DNA of 63,628 bases, filler included, from Chiloscyllium plagiosum (GCF_004010195.1; 6 parts of one record of this genome joined end to end with filler, not necessarily neighbours in it), one strand, 5' to 3'; positions 47,773-61,508 are shown, counted from the first letter of the whole stretch. Notes: a model not told the origin generated them from the letters alone. Translations and numbers: made by a program.

Positions 47773-48972
47773 GGTGATGTGTCAAGAAGCAGATGACACG
47801 CCTGGAGCTGATGCATTGTTAACTACAAGATGAGCAAGAGAAAAACTGAAACAACCAATGACAAAGAAACAAAATGAGTTAGAGATTAGTCTGAAGTTAC
47901 TGATCTCCGTATCAATAATATCCGAAGCATGGCCTGGTGAGCCAGGGCAATGAATTATACCCCAGAAAGACTGTCCCCCATCAACGTGACGTGCTGTGCC
48001 TCATTCAACTAGCGGGGCTGTGTTCAGAAAGAGAGAGATGCAGGGAAGGGGGGTCTCTAAGTATTCAAATATGTAATCCAGACTCTGCTAACAGTTACAA
48101 AGAAACCAGGTTAAGGCCATCATTAAGGCTCACAGTGCAACGTATTTGATTGTGCTCAAAGCTGTGAATGTTAATACACAGAACCTTGGCAAAAGGGATT
48201 CATACCTACATTGCACCTTTCCCATGAGCACAAATGAGGTGATGGAGACTTCTGCTGAAATCCCCTGATCAATCATAACCTGATTCGAGTGTTCAGTTAA
48301 CTGTTCTTGCTGCATCTCCAGGCGAATGTGATCCAACCAATTAACACACTTTCCTGATGTTGCATTAAGTGGTGCATCTTTTTCTCATAGCTTCCACATT
48401 GTGATGAGTGCAGGACCAAAAGCTCCACTTGCTGTTCCCTTTTTGCAATGTTAAGGTGCACATCATCCTTTGGTCTGAGCCAAGCACAGGGTCGTCCTGT
48501 GTTGCAGTGGCAGTCGGATTGAGTAGTGGCCCTGTGAGTGTCAGCTTTTGTTAAAGAGATGGTATCCTGTTGGAGCATTCATCCTTCTCCTAAACTAGAT
48601 CCAGGTTGTCTTGTGTATCCACCAGCACTGCAGCAGTCTCTATCACAATAGACAAAGTATTCAAACAAACTAATGGGACAATGGGCAGACACACCGCCAG
48701 GACTCACTGGCCAGCATCTACGGGGTTTAAAGAAAGTGGCTGCAGAGATAATCTTAGTCCAAATCCTCCAGACCCCATGGGACTCTGGGAAGGTAACAGT
48801 TGATTCAAAAACATTCAAGAAGGGTGGGAAAGCAGGTAACTATAGGGCAAATAGCACAATGTTAATCATTAAGAGAATGCTGGAGTCCACTTAGATACTT
48901 TAACACAATTAAATAGAGTAATATGATTTTGTGAAAGGGAAATCTTATTTGACAAATTCTCTTAAGGTTAGG

Positions 48973-51900
48973 AACAGTGAATCTGCACAGTCAGCAGTGA
49001 ATCTGCACAGTCAACAGTGAATCTGCACAGTCAGCAGTGAATCTGCACAGTCAACAGTGAATCTGCACAGTTAGCAGTGAATCTGTACAGTTAGCAGTGA
49101 ATCTGTACAGTCAGCAGTGAATCTGTACAGTCAACAGTGAATCTGCACAGTCAGCGGGGAATCTGCACAGTCAACAGTGAATCTGCACAGTCAGCAGTGA
49201 ATCTGCACAGTCAACAGTGAATCTGCACAGTTAGCAGTGAATCTGTACAGTTAGCAGTGAATCTGTACAGTCAGCAGTGAATCTGTACAGTCAACAGTGA
49301 ATCTGCACAGTCAGCGGGGAATCTGCACAGTCAACAGTGAATCTGCACAGTCAGCAGTGAATCTGCACAGTCAACAGTGAATCTGCACAGTTAGCAGTGA
49401 ATCTGCACAGTCAGCGGGGAATCTGCACAGTCAAAAGTGAATCTGCACAGTCAACAGTGAATCGCATAGTCAGCAGTGAATCTGCACACTCAACAGTGAA
49501 TCTGCACAGTCAGCAGTGACTCTGCACAGTCAACAGTGAATATGCACAGTCAACAGTGAATCTGCACACTCAACAGTGAATCTGCACACTCAACAGTGAA
49601 TCTGTACAGTCAGCAGTGAATCTGCGCAGTCAGAAGTGAATTTGCACAGTCAGCAGTGAGTCTGCACAGTCACCAGTGAATCTGCACAGTCAGCAGTGAA
49701 TCTGTACAGTCAGCAGTGAATGTGCACAGTCAGCAGTGAATGTGCACAGTCAACAGTGAATCTGCACCATCAGCAGGGAATCTGTACTGCCAACAATGAA
49801 TATCACAGTCAGCAATGAAACTGTGTAGTCAACAGTGAATCTGCACAGTCAGCGGTGAATCTTTACAGCCAAAAGAAAATCTGCACAGTCAGCAATGAAA
49901 CTGTGTAGTCAACAGTGAATCTGCATAGTCATCATTGACTCTGCACAGTCAACAGTGAAACTGCACAGTCAACAGTGAATCAGCACAGTCAGCAGTGAAT
50001 CTGCACACTCAACAGTGAATCTGTACAGTCAGCAGTGAATCTGCACAGTCAACAGTGAATCTGCACAGTCAACAGTGAATCTGCACAGTCAGCAGTGAAT
50101 CTGCACAGTCAACATTGAATCTGCACAGTCAGTAGTGAATATGTACAGTCAGCAGTGAATCTGCACAGTCAACAGTGAATCTGCACAGTCAACAGTGAAA
50201 GTGCGCAGTCAGCGGTGAATCTGCACAGTCAGCAGTGAATCTGCACAGTCAACATTGAATCTGCACAGTCAGCAGTGAATCGCATAGTCAGCAGTGAATC
50301 TGCACAGTCAGCAGTGAATCTGCACAGTCAACATTGAATCTGCACAGTCAGCAATGAATCTGTACAGTCAGCAGTGAATCTGCACAGTCAACAGTGAATC
50401 TGCACAGTCAACAGTGAAAGTGTGCAGTCAGCGGTGAATCTGCACAGTCAGCAGTGAATCTGCACAGTCAACATTGAATCTGCACAGCCAACAGTGAATC
50501 TGTACAGTCAGCAGTGAATCTGTACAGTCAACAGTGAATCTGTACAGTCAACAGTGAATCTGCACAGTCAAAAGTGAATCTGCACAGTCAGCAGTGAATC
50601 TACACAGTCAGCAGTGGTCTGTACAGTCAACAGTGAATCTGGACAGTCAATAGTGAATCTGCATGGTCAACAGTGGATCTGTACAGTCAACAGTGAATCT
50701 GTACAGTCAGCGGTGAATCTGCACAGTCAATAGTGAATCTGCACAGTCAGCAGTGAATCTGCACGGTCCACAGTGAATCTGCACAGTCAGCAGTGAATCT
50801 GTACAGTCAACAGTGAATCTGCACAGTCAGCAGTGAATCTGTACAGTCAACAGTGAATCTGTGCAGTCAACGGTGAATCTGCACAGTCAGCAGTGAATCT
50901 GTACAGTCAGCGGTGAATCTGCACAGTCAGCAGTGAATCTGTACAGTCAACAGTGAATCTGCACAGTCAGAAGTGAATCTGTACAGTCTGCAGTGAATGT
51001 GCACAATCAGCAGTGAATCTGTACAGTCAACAGTGAATCTGTACAGTCAATAGTGAATCTGCACAGTCAGCAGTGAATCTGTACAGTCACCAGTGAATCT
51101 GTACAGTCTGCAGTGAATCTGTACAGTCACCAGTGAATCTGTACAGTCAGCGGTGAATCTGCACAGTCAACAGTGAATCTGCACAGTCAGAAGTGAATCT
51201 GTACAGTCTGCAGTGAATGTGCACAGTCTGCAGTGAATGTGCACAATCAACAGTGAATCTGCAGAGTCAGCAGGGAATCTGTTCTGCCAACAATGAATAT
51301 CACAGTCAGCAATGAAACTGTGTAGTCAACAGCGAATCTGCACAGTCAGCGGTGAATCTTCACAGCCAACAGAAAATCTGCACAGGCAGCAATGAAACTG
51401 TGTAGTCAACAGTGAATCTGCATAGTCAGCGGTGAATCTGCACAGTCAACAGTGAATCTACACAGTTAGCAGTGCATCTGCACAGTCAACAGTGAATCTG
51501 CACAGTCAGCAGTGAATCTATACAGTCAGCAGTGAATCTGTATAGTTAACAGTGAATCTGCACAATCAGCAGTGAATCTACACAGTTAGCAGTGAATCTG
51601 CACAGTCAACATGGAATCTGTACAGTCAGCGGTGAATCTGTACAGTCAACAGTGAATCTGTACAGTCAGCGGTGAATCTGTAAAGTCAACAGTGAATGTG
51701 CACAGTCAGCAGTGAATCTACACAGTCAGCAGTGAAACTGTACAGTCAATAGTGAATCTTCACGGTCAACAGTGAATCTGAACAGTCAGCAGTGAATCTG
51801 CACAGTCAACAATGAATCTGTACAGTCAACAGTGAATCTGCACAGTCAGCAGGGAATCCGCACAGTCAGCAGTGAATCTGTACAGTCAACAGTGAATCTG

Positions 51901-53330
51901 CACAGTCAGCAGTGAATCTGTGTAGTCAACAGTGAATCTGCACAGTCAGCGGTGAATCTGCACAGTCAGCGGTGAATCTGCACAGTCAACAGTGAATCTG
52001 CACAGTCAGCAGTGAATCCGCACAGTCAGCAGTGAATCTGTACAGTCAATAGTGAATCTGCACAGTCAGCAAAAAAACTGTGTAGTCAACAATGAATCTG
52101 CACAGTCAGCGGTGAATCTGCACAGTCAACATTGAATCTGTACAGTCAACAGTGAATCTGCACAGTCAGCGGTGAATCTGTACAGCCGACAGTGAATCTA
52201 CACAGTTAGCAGAGAATCTGCACAGTCAGCAGTGAATCTGTACAGTCAAAAGTGAATCTGCACAGTCAGCAGTGAATCTGCACAGTCAACATGGAATCTG
52301 TACAGCCAACAGTGAATCTGCAGAGTCAACGGTGAATCTGCACAGCCAACAGTGAATCTCGACAGTTAGCAGTGGATCTGCAGAGTCAGCGGTGAATCTG
52401 CACAGCCAACAGTGAATCTCGACAGTTAGCAGTGAATCTGCACAGTCAGCAGTGAATCTGTACAGTCAGCAGTGAATCTGTACAGTCAAAAGTGGATCTG
52501 CACAGTTAGCAGTGAATCAGCACAGTCAACATGGAATCTGTACAGCCAACAGTGAATCTGTACAGTCAGCGCTGAATCTGCACAGTCAACAGTGAATCTG
52601 CACAGTCAGCAGTGAATCTGTATAGTTAACAGTGAATCTGCACAGTCAGCAGTGAATCTGCATAGTTAGCAGTGAATCTGCACAGTCAACATGGAATCTG
52701 TACAGCCAACAGTGAATCTGTACAGTCAGCGCTGAATCTGCACAGTCAACAGTGAATCTGCACAGTCAGCAGTGAATCTGTAAAGTCAACAGTGAATGTG
52801 CACAGTCAGCAGTGAATCTACACAGTCAGCAGTGAATCTGCACAGTCAACGGTGAATCTGCACAGTCAGCAGTGAATCTGTAAAGTCAACAGTGAATCTG
52901 CACAGTCAGCAGTGAATCTACACAGTCAGCAGTGAAACTGTACAGTCAACGGTGAATCTGTACAGTGAACAGTGAATCTGCACAGTCAGCAGTGAATCTG
53001 CACAGTCAGCAGTGAATCTGTACAGTGAACAGTGAATCTGCATGGTCGGCAGTGAATCTGCACAGTCAACAGTGAATCTGCACAGTCAGCAGTGAATCTA
53101 CACAGTCAGCAGTGAAACTGTACAGTCAACGGTGAATCTGTGCAGTCAACAGTGAATCTGCACGGTCAACAGTGAATCTGCACAGTCAGCAGTGAATCTA
53201 CACAGTCAGCAGTGAAACTGTACAGTCAACGGTGAATCTGTGCAGTCAACAGTGAATCTGCACGGTCAACAGTGAATCTGCACAGTCAGCAGTGAATCTG
53301 CACAGTCAGCAGTGAATCTGCACAGTCAGC
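48973..53330. repeat. 20-bp minisatellite, consensus CAGTGAATCTGYACAGTCAR, over 200 copies, runs into a gap
   Basis: directly visible 20-bp periodicity over ~4.36 kb. Confidence 0.98.
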
Positions 53331-53430
53331 NNNNNNNNNNNNNNNNNNNNNNNNNNNNNNNNNNNNNNNNNNNNTTAATTAATTAANNNNNNNNNNNNNN
53401 NNNNNNNNNNNNNNNNNNNNNNNNNNNNNN

Positions 53431-53798
53431 TACACAGAAATATCTGTCATTGTTCCTCCACTGTCATCCCTGTTAAGGTATTGCACCATTGAACTTTGGC
53501 CAGCTCCTCCCTCATAGCTCCATAGTTCCCTTTATTCAACTAAAATATTGTCACTTCCGATTGTACCCTCTCCCTCTCAAATTGCAGATTGAAGCTGATT
53601 GTATTATGGTCACTACTTCCCAATGGCTCCTTCACCTCGAGGTCCCTGACCAATTCTGGTTCGTTGCACAATACCAGATCCAGAATTGCCTTCTCCCTGG
53701 TCGGCTCCAGCACCAGCTGTTCTAAGAATCCATCTCGGAGGCACTCCACAAAGTCTCTTTAGTGAGGTCCAAAACCATCCTGATTCTCCCAGTCTACT
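53431..53798 (-). mobile_element. CR1 endonuclease fragment
   Basis: EPTREKAILDLVL..LGSSDHN; same family as 60041-60366. Confidence 0.85.
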
Positions 53799-53925
53799 GT
53801 AGGAGCAGTACACCTGGTCTCACCCCCTGCCTTTTCGCTATAGACATGCAAATGTTTTCTTTCCAAATAATTATCCAAAATGAGATCTGCCCCCATCACA
53901 CCTTCAGGCAGTGCATTCCAGAATC

Positions 53926-54021
53926 CTGAATTCCTGAAGAAGGGCTTATGCCTGAAACGTCGATACTCCTGCTCTTTGGATGCTGCCTGACCTGCTGCGC
54001 TTTTCCAGCAACACATTTTCA
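53926..54021 (+). mobile_element. 96-bp hammerhead-containing PLE mini-insertion with 13-bp TSD
   Basis: TSD GCATTCCAGAATC at 53913-53925 and 54022-54034; core CTGAAGAAGGGCTTATGCCTGAAACGTC at 53934-53961. Confidence 0.88.
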
Positions 54022-55729
54022 GCATTCCAGAATCTAGCCAGCCATTGCGTGGAAAGGCTTTTCCTCAGTCAGCTTCCATTCCATTCAGGCATGCACCTTC
54101 AACGGGGTCCTCTAGTTTTTATCCCTACCACAAATGGGAACACTTTCTGATCTGAATTTCTCATGGTTTTCAATAATTGTGAAATCTCCTCTCCAGCTTC
54201 TATTCTATGAACAGGACTGGCTCAGCTTCACCAAACTATCTAAATTCCTCCATTCCTAAAACCATCCATGAAAATCCTTTCTGAACCCTCTTTAATGGAT
54301 CTTCAAGTGTGGGAACTCGATTGGGTGGGATTTAACAGTGTGAATCCTGAAGTCCACAATGAACTTGAGTGGCCCCCGCCAATAATCTGGAGTCCCCAGT
54401 GAAATGAAATGCCTCATTGGCAGCAGGACCTGTGATGCTAGGACTTTGCCGGTGACATTTTCTTGTTGCCCTGAAAAGGCCAGCATGACTATCCTACTTC
54501 TGAAATTTGCAAGACAGTCAGAGGCCAGGATAGCCCACTGTGTCTCCTACCAGGTGCAGCAGGCTGATAGGAGTTCGCTGATGGATCCTCTGGAGTCAGA
54601 AACAGAGTACGGTGGTTTTCCCAAGGACAGGGGAGGGGAGATCATGTGATGACAGTGGAGAGCAGTACAGCAATTGGGGATGGCTTTCAGTGGGTCCCCT
54701 CAATAAGGAGTATCGGAGCATGAGAGCTCAAACGCCGACCTCACACGTACTTCCTCCCTCAACTCCCCGCCCACACACCCTCCCCCAGAAAACTGCAGGT
54801 AACCCCAACAGGATCTGCTGTTGTGTCTCCCTCTCAAATGGTAAGTCTTCCATTGAATTCCAACTGTGGCTCAATAAGTGGGCATTTACAGACCTCCAAT
54901 GGCCTCCATGCAGAAAGGCCACTCACCCTGTACTTACGTGAAGAGAGGGCAGCAGAATCTGTACAATGCACTGTCATGCGCAATCATAGAGCTCCCCTTC
55001 CCAGCCTCCAAACCTGTTGGACTATAACCTGTTGTCACGTGACTTTTGACATTGTCCAGCCCAGTCCAACACCAGCACTCACCCAAAACTCTGGTAATGG
55101 GGCATTAAGTTCCAACTTCGAGCTTGATGGACTATTGTTACCTTTAATGTTCTTCTGCTCCTGCGGGTCCTTAGAATTGTGTCCGTTCATTTATATTAGC
55201 TTTCCTCATTCTTGTCCATACTTCCATGTGTTAAATTTCATCTTCTACCTGTTTACTATTCCACCAGGTTTCCTGTATCCTTTTGAACTATATTCTCTTC
55301 ATAGTTCACAATATTTCCAAGCTTTGTGTGACCTGCAAATTTTGAATTGATCCCTCCCATCCAATCTTGAAATGGTTATAAGCCAAAAGGATCCATTCAG
55401 CCCACTGTCTGTATGCTAGCTCTCCGCAGGAGCAATTTACCTGATACTATTGCCCACAAACAAGCAAATTCTATGTCTTCAAACAAACATCCAGTTTCCT
55501 TGTAAAATGCTGGAATCTACACTGTCAGGCAATGCAATCCAGATCCTAAACATTCACTGTACTTCTCCTCAGGTTGCTTTGTCCCTATGGTTTTAAACTG
55601 GTGTCCATTGTTGGCCTTCTGCCAACAGGAACAGTTTCTCCCTGCAGTTGTCTTCATGATTTGAAAATCGCCTCTTAATCTTCTCCAAGAAAATCAGCCA
55701 CAGAACTGAAGTTCCTCATATCTGGAACT

Positions 55730-56544
55730 ATCATGGATAGAGCAGGCACAGGAATGGTTGTTGCAGGTTCCAGGATTTAGATGTTTCAGTAAGAACAGAG
55801 AAGATGGTAAAAGAGGGGGAGGTGTGGCATTGTTGGTCAAGGACAGTATTACAGTTGCAGAAAGGATGTTTGGGGACTCATCAACTGAGGTAGTATGGGC
55901 TGAGGTTAGAAACAGGAAAGGAGAGGTCACCCTGTTGAAAGTTTTCTATAGGTCTCCGAATAGTTCCAGAGATGTAGAGGAAAGGATAGCAAAGAGGATT
56001 CTCGATAGGAGTGAGAGAGACAGGGTAGTTGTCATGGGGACTTCAACTTTCCAAATATTGACTGGGAACACTATAGTACGAGTACTATAGATGGATCACT
56101 TTTTGTCCAGTGTGTGCAGGAGGCCAACAAGGGGCGAAGCCATATTAGATTTGGTACTGGGTAATGAGCCCAGCCAGGTGTTAGACTTGGACGTAGGTGA
56201 GCACTTTGGTGATAGCGACCACATTTCTGTATGTTTACTTTAGTGATAGAAAAGCATAGGTGTATACCACTGGGCAAGAGTTACAGCTGGGGAAAGGCAA
56301 TTATGATGCGATTAGGCAAGATTTAGGAAGCATAGGATGGGGAAGGAAACCGCAGGGGATGGGCACATTAGAAATGTGGAGCTTATTCAAGGAAAAGCTC
56401 CTGAGTGTCCTAGATAAGTATGTACCTGTCAGGCAGGGAGGAAGCTGTAGAGCGCGGGAGCCGTGGTTTATGAAGGAAGTGGAATCTCTGGTCAAGAGGA
56501 AGAAGAAGGTTTATGTTAGGATGAGATGTGAAGGCTCAGTTAGG
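55730..56544 (+). mobile_element. CR1 endonuclease fragment
   Basis: RGGGVALLVK and YRSPNS motifs. Confidence 0.88.
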
Positions 56545-56644
56545 NNNNNNNNNNNNNNNNNNNNNNNNNNNNNNNNNNNNNNNNNNNNTTAATTAATTAA
56601 NNNNNNNNNNNNNNNNNNNNNNNNNNNNNNNNNNNNNNNNNNNN

Positions 56645-57632
56645 TAGAGCTGAGCTTGACCTTAGCTTCCTCCACCTTATGTAAGCTACCTTCTTCCTTT
56701 TGACGAGAAGCTCCACTGTTCTTGTCATCCAAGGTTCCTTTATCTTACCCCTTCTTGTCTGTCTCAGAGGGACATATTTATTCATCACTTGTAACAACTG
56801 TTCCTTAAACAGTCTCCTCATGTCTATAGTGCCTTTACCATGGAACAATTGCTCCCAATCCATGCTTCCTAACTCATGTCGAATCGCATCATAGTTTCCT
56901 CTTCCCCAATTAAATATCCTCCCATTTTGCCTAATCCTCTCCTTCTCCATAGCTATGTAGAATGTGAGGCAGTTGTGGTCACGATCACCAAAATGCCCTC
57001 CCACCACAAGATCTGATACCTGCCCCAGCTCGTTTCCAAGCACCAAGTCTAGAATGGCCTCTCCCCTCGTCGGCCTGTCAATGTACTGAGTTAGGAAGCC
57101 CTCCTGTACACACCTTACAAAACCAGATCCTTCCAAACCATCTGCTCGAAGGAGGTTCCAATCAATATTGGGAAAGTTAAAGTCACCCATTACAACAACC
57201 CTACTACGTCCACACTTTTCCAAAATCTGCCGACCCATGCTTTCTTCCATCACCCTGCTGCTATTGGGGGGCCTGTAGTAAACCCCTAACGAGGTGACTG
57301 CTCCCTTGCTGTTCCTAATTTCCACCCATACTGACTCAGTCAGATCTTCCTCGACAATGGAAGCTTCTGTAGCTGTGATACCCTCTCTGATTAGTAGTGC
57401 TATACCCCCTCCTCTTATTCCCCCCTCCCTATTCTTATTAAATGCTCTAAACCCTGGAACATCCAGCAACCATTCCTGCCCCTGAGAAACCCATGTCTCT
57501 GAGCAACCATTCCTGCCCCTGAGAAACCCATGTCTCTGTTATGGCCACAACATCATAGCAGCAGATACTGATCCATGCTCTAAGTTCATCACTTTTATTC
57601 TTGATACTCCTTGCGTTAAAGCAAACACACTT
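56645..57632 (-). mobile_element. CR1 endonuclease domain, largely open
   Basis: FNARSI, AITETW, YYRPPN, MGDFNFPNIDW and PTRGEAILDLVL; 37-bp tandem duplication at 57465-57538. Confidence 0.92.
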
Positions 57633-59074
57633 TGCTTTAGGCATGCTGGCCTTTATTATGAGGGGAGAGGGGTTTAAAAACATGAAATTTATTACAAATT
57701 TGTCGGCTTTGTCAAACACATACATGCAGTACTGCATACAATTCTGGTGTCCTCAATTGCAGGTTGACCAGGGGATAATCACAAGGTTAACTGCTGGACT
57801 GAAGGTATGCAGCTTTAGTTCCTCACTAATGTTTAAGATGAAGCCAGGTGATCCTACTACAATATATATGACTCCAGGTCAATTGAGGGGACAGATCCAG
57901 GAAGGATATCTTTTCTCATGTGGAATTGTAAACTGGAGTGGGGATGTGATGACACTAAGTACTGGATAATTTCAGAGTTAAGAATGAGAGTCCAGAGTTA
58001 TAGAAGAGAATGTTTCGAGAGCTAGAAAATCAGCTTCACACACACTGGGAGGTGCAGGATTCACTTCCAAAGTTAGTGACTGAAGAAAGGCTCTTCCAGT
58101 TTAGGTTGGAGAGGAAAATCAATAAAGAAGGTTAGGATAGGTAAATGTGATTCGGAGGTTTTGTTTGAGTGTAGGTTAAATCCTGCCACGGGCTGACTGG
58201 CCTGTTTGTATACTACAATCAGTTATCATTTTTAGTCACTTTGCTACTATGCTCTACTACTCACCCTCTGTGAGTACTGAAGGTGATCATTCAGGGTAAA
58301 CTCAAGAGGGATGTTTTTGACTCCACATCTGCTTGGTACTGATGTGAGATCTTCAGGTCTGTACAACAAGTGTCGGTCAAGTTTATCCCCTTCAAGGCGT
58401 TCAATTACATAAGTTCGATGATTGAAAGCAATCAGAGCACTGGATGAGAGACAGAGAGAGAGAAAACATATTTATCCCAGTGAAGAATCACCAACTGTTG
58501 AGTACATCATGTCTAGCTGAGGGATAATTTCCCAACAAAGTAGCCCAGCAAATGACACTCTGCATGCTGTTAATGTCATCTCATTATGCTGACATTATGG
58601 CTAACCAGTGTGCTGTTGTGTAAACATGTTCCAGGACAGATGTGAATTTACAGCAACACGGATTCATCCCACTCAGCCTGCTTCATGGCTGACCATCCAC
58701 ATCCCCAAAGTATCCCCTTGCTCTTTTATGCCTTGGTAATCAGAAATCTATCAATTCTTATTTTAAACAAACTTAATGACTGAGTTTTCACAGCCTCTGG
58801 GACAGAGCATTCCAAAAATTCACAACCCTTTGAGTAAAAATATTGGCTCATCTCAGTCCTTTGTAGCATCCCCCATTATTCTGAAATATGTGCTCTCTGG
58901 TTCTAGCCTCTCCAGATAGGAAGACATCTTAACTGCATCTTATCTGAATGTCTCTTTTGTGAAGGGACATGGCAGTCATCAAAAAGGCCAGCATTTATTA
59001 CTCCCTCTTAAGTGTAACTAGTTTATTTTCCTTCCAGACCCTTCAATTCATTTAACTTCTCCAGCTAACATGGT

Positions 59075-59773
59075 GGATGAGATTTTGGAGAAGATTTGTG
59101 GCTCAGGTTGTGGATCAGGTTGTAAGTTTGCTCACCGAGCTGGTAGCTTTGTTCTCAGGTGTTTTGTCATCATGCTAGGTAACATCATCATTGAGCCTCC
59201 AGTGAGGCACTGGTGCTATATATCTGTCTTGGTTTTTGTGGTGGGTGATATTACACACAGTTCTGTTTCTGAGAGGCTGGTAAATGCGATCTAAGTCGAT
59301 ATGTTTGTTCATGAAGTTCTGGTTTGAATGACAGGCCTCTAGGAATTCCCGTGCATATTTTTGTTTAGCCTGTCCCAGGATGGATGCATTGTCCCAGTTG
59401 AACTGGTGTCCCTCATTGTCTGTGTGTAAGGATACCATTGATAGTTGGTCATGTACTTTGGTGACGAGATGGTGCTCATGTATCCTGGTGGCTAGTTTCC
59501 TACCTGCTTGTCCAATGTAATGTTTGTTGCAATCCTTGCACGGTATTTTGTATGTGATGTTCGTTCTGCTGGTTGTTGGCATGGGGGTCATTTAAATTCA
59601 TCAGCAGCACTTTCGGTGTGATGGTAGGTTTGTGGGCTACCATGATGCCTTGGAGTCGGAGTAGTCTGGTTGTCATCTCCGAGATGTGTTCAACTGGGAT
59701 GATACATCCATCCAGGGATAGGCTAAACAGAGACATGCACAGGAATTCCTAGAGGCCTGGCATTCAAACCGGA
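59075..59773 (-). mobile_element. Poseidon-type PLE 3' part with short inversion (59686-59773)
   Basis: TYKIPCKDCNKHYIGQAGRKLATRIHEH..REFLEA. Confidence 0.88.
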
Positions 59774-59774
59774 A

Positions 59775-59940
59775 GAGGTAAAAACAATGACTGCAGATGC
59801 TGGAAACCAGATTCTGGATTAGTGGTGCTGGAAGAGCACAGCAGTTCAGGCAGCATCCAAGGAGCTTAAAAATCGACGTTTCGGGCAAAACACCCTTCAT
59901 CAGGAATAAAGGCAGTGAGGCTGAAGCGTGAAGAGATAAG
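59775..59940 (-). mobile_element. Neptune-type PLE terminus with hammerhead core (59875-59903)
   Basis: matches 1085-1188 joined to 1281-1341; core CTGATGAAGGGTGTTTTGCCCGAAACGTC on the - strand. Confidence 0.85.
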
Positions 59941-60040
59941 NNNNNNNNNNNNNNNNNNNNNNNNNNNNNNNNNNNNNNNNNNNNTTAATTAATTAANNNN
60001 NNNNNNNNNNNNNNNNNNNNNNNNNNNNNNNNNNNNNNNN

Positions 60041-60366
60041 GAGGTCCCTGACCAATTCTGGTTCATTGAACAATACCAGATGCAGAATTGCCTTCACCCT
60101 GGTCAGCTCCAAAACCAGCTATTCTAAGAATCCATCTCTGAGGCACTCCACAAAGTCTCTTTCTTGAGGTCCAATACCATCCTGATTCTCCCAGTCTACC
60201 TGCATGTTGAAATCCCCCATAACAACTGTAGTAACATCTTTGCGACAGGCCAATTTCAGCTCCTTATTCAACTTACATCCGACATCCAGACTACTGTTTG
60301 GGGGCCTGTAGATAACTCCCAAGAAGGTCTTTTTACCCTTAGTATTTCGCAGCTCTATCCACACTG
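60041..60366 (-). mobile_element. CR1 endonuclease fragment
   Basis: VIYRPPNS and MGDFNM motifs. Confidence 0.85.
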
Positions 60367-60839
60367 ATAGAGCCACAGCACACGGACTGCAGCGGTTCAA
60401 GAAGGCAGCTATGCTCACATCCCATGAAGAAATTTTTTAAAAACTCAGTCTTTCAGTATGTTTAGCCTAAAGATTGGTAGATTTCTGAATTACTACTGGA
60501 TACAGGGTTATGTAGATGGGGTTAGTAAAAGGCATTGATGTGGTTAATTAGGTATGATCACACTGGATGGCAGGATGGGGGCTGATGGGCTGAATTGCCT
60601 GTTCCTGTGTTCGCATGCTGCTTGTTGGATCTTGCTGTGCATATCAGCTGTCATCTTTCTGACATTATGGCAGTGAGTCCAGCTGAAGGATGCTTTGATG
60701 GTTCTGAGATCCATGAGGCAGTTCAGAGCAAGTGAAAGGTTCGATGGAAATGCAATTTTTTTCTTCACGTTGTCTTTCCCCTTCCTGGGAAAGTGACAGG
60801 GTGGTAACATCACCGGGTCGCTAATCCGTCGCCCCAGCC

Positions 60840-61120
60840 TCATGGTGTAATGGGCCATAGGTTCAAATCCCAGCTCACTCGACTGTGGAATTGAAATTCA
60901 GTTCATTACAGATCTGGAATTGAAAACTAGTAATGTCTTTCAGGGATGGAAACCTGCCAGCTTTACCTGGTCTGGCCCAACATGTGACTCCAGACCCACA
61001 GTTTCATGGTCTTGATTATTCCCTGAAATGGTTGAGGAAGCCACTCAGTTGGAGGGTAATTAATGCTGGGATAAATTATTGGCCCAGTCAGTGATGCCTG
61101 GATACCACGAGAGAAGTTTT
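60840..61120 (+). mobile_element. Degenerate DeuSINE-like SINE
   Basis: GGTTCAAATCC B box and CCTGGTCTGGCC..GTGACTCCAGACCCACAG core. Confidence 0.55.
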
Positions 61121-61508
61121 TAAAATGTTATACAACTCCTAACCAGCTTTGACCTGATATAACATTCATTAATTGCATATTTCTTTTCTCTCTCCTCATG
61201 TTCTTGGCTCCTTCCCTTTATTCATCATTTATTTCCACCTTCTGACCTCTGTCTTTCCCTTGTTCCTGACCCTGATCTCCTCATTTCACCTTCATTTCCC
61301 TCCCTATCCTAACCCTCATTCCCCTGCACAATCCTTTCACTTCCTCCCCCCATCCTGAATGTCTCCCTTATGTGATCCCTGGTCCCCCTCCTCCTTCGCC
61401 TTGTTTTATTCTCCCTCCAGTTGCTCCCTCTGCACCCTCCTCCTCTTTGCGTCCTCCTGTTCCCCAGTTATCATGCTGTTCCATCTCTCCCTGCCCAGAC
61501 TCTCTCAG

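Noticed and set aside
47960..48060. Possible LOXL3 regulatory element (ACGTGACGTG)
   Set aside because: Short motif expected by chance and separated from LOXL3 by three artificial joins
48973..53330. CRISPR-like array
   Set aside because: Head-to-tail 20-bp units with no unique spacers, in eukaryotic DNA with no cas genes
54390..54980. Possible Harbinger Myb/SANT ORF remnant
   Set aside because: Resemblance too weak to support by eye
57465..57538. 37-bp direct repeat
   Set aside because: Simple local tandem duplication that frameshifts a CR1 copy; no wider significance evident
61359..61508. N-terminal extension of LOXL3 suggested by the ORF track
   Set aside because: Low-complexity intronic pyrimidine tract ending in an AG acceptor; the signal peptide fits the ATG at 61509
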